Positions 63,301 through 64,000 of a stretch of DNA of 64,000 nucleotides are shown here, one piece after another. The position numbers were made by a program, and so were the translations under genes. The number at the start of each line of letters is the position of its first letter. Position 1 is the first letter of the stretch. The stretch spans positions 850,211-914,210 of the forward strand of contig NW_018406231.1 in the NCBI RefSeq assembly GCF_002113885.1. The letters are read 5' to 3'. Source of the DNA: Mizuhopecten yessoensis (taxonomy: Eukaryota). A model generated the notes under the pieces. It saw nothing but the letters and a program-made list of their open reading frames with translations. It did not search any database and was not told the origin of the DNA.

Positions 63301-63900
63301 AGTTAAAAAAAACACAATATAATAAAAAAAATTGTAAGCATTGTTGAAGAATACAATTATAACTACATTATAATCACAAATTTTGTGTTAGATTCTATAT
63401 AACAGAAATCCTATGATTGGCAATGACATAAGTACACACAAGATCTGCAAATATTGGTGCAATTCTGCATGAAAGAATAAGATATAATTCTAACAACTTA
63501 TCCAAATTTCATTTCAACTTTTCTATATTTTTTTTCCTTCAAACTGATGAGATTTGGACTACAATTGTATATGGACTTCAGACAAAATTTGTCCTTATAT
63601 CTATATGACTTAGACAATATACCACAGTAAATCACTGACACACAAAACATAAACACCCACAGCTGGAAATCAATTTTCCCCATTCATACGATCTTCAATC
63701 CTGTTCAGATCTAACTTATTTTCTAAAACACATTTTTTTATCATCTTTATAAATATTAGATATAAACATTGCTGACTTACAGAGTATTTAATCTTTTTCC
63801 AATTGTCACACTCGGGTGTTTTTACGATGCTGACGGTCGACTGGAACTTCTTCCTTCCACCAAACAATTCACCATCAAGATGCATGTCTTTTGGCAGATC
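60323..63900 (-). CDS. Minimal ATP-dependent DNA ligase (bacterial Lig E / Chlorella-virus-like), 3' five exons; 5' part beyond the window end
   Basis: Exons 63900-63781, 63007-62928, 62336-62156, 61548-61445, 60494-60323, all GT-AG and in phase. Nucleotidyltransferase motifs III (LDGELF), IIIa (YSVFDAP), IV (GGEGLMIR) and V (LLKLKKFYDAEA) are present. They are followed by an OB fold (GKGRFTGAVGAL, FSVGSGLTD, PPKIGSIITYKFQ) and motif VI (PRFPTFLGVR). Motif I (KxDG) is not in the window. Confidence 0.9.
60883..61357 (+). mobile_element. Complete TRIM with tRNA-like LTRs, family B
   Basis: LTR1 60883-61075 (tgtcaccctg...ctgttaca) and LTR2 61195-61357 (tgccaccctg...ctgttaca). 4-bp TSD CTAT/CTAT, PBS tggcgccc at 61077, purine-rich ggaatgggag before LTR2. 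A-box (tagctaatttggtagagc) and B-box (ggttcgactcc) lie inside the LTRs. LTR1 contains a 24-bp triplication. Confidence 0.8.
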
Positions 63901-64000
63901 CTTTAAAATAAACATTTGCCAATTAGTTATCAGACTGCAACAGAGGTCATTGTATTTCAATGGTTCTGCTAAGTGTCGAACCCAGGACATGTGGTTTACT

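Noticed and set aside
812-63900. FANCA plus DNA ligase as a functional DNA-repair cluster
   Set aside because: They are separated by three unrelated housekeeping genes; there is no evidence beyond proximity.

Overview
AT-rich, intron-rich animal genomic DNA. The repeat content (Helentron/HINE-type elements, V/Meta-core SINEs, many MITEs) suggests a bivalve-like mollusc, which is an inference. Five spliced genes were reconstructed by hand with phase-consistent exons. (1) FANCA on the minus strand: 24 exons, about 726 aa in the window, continuing off the left edge. (2) NDUFB9 on the plus strand, head-to-head with FANCA. (3) PSME3IP1/FAM192A on the minus strand. (4) RABIF/MSS4 on the plus strand, head-to-head with PSME3IP1. 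(5) The 3' five exons of an intron-containing minimal ATP-dependent DNA ligase resembling bacterial Lig E / Chlorella-virus ligase rather than LIG1/3/4 (minus strand, 5' part off the right edge). Introns hold about 10 locus-specific minisatellites and many transposon relics. The most notable signals are: several families of miniature LTR retrotransposons (TRIMs) whose LTRs carry a tRNA-like Pol III unit, two of them complete with TSD, PBS and PPT; a ~21-fold tandem amplification of an NDUFB9 exon end plus its splice donor; a probable U12 minor intron; two GC-AG introns; a large foldback element in the RABIF intron; and a templated insertion inside a minisatellite. Most long ORFs in the supplied track are repeat artefacts.
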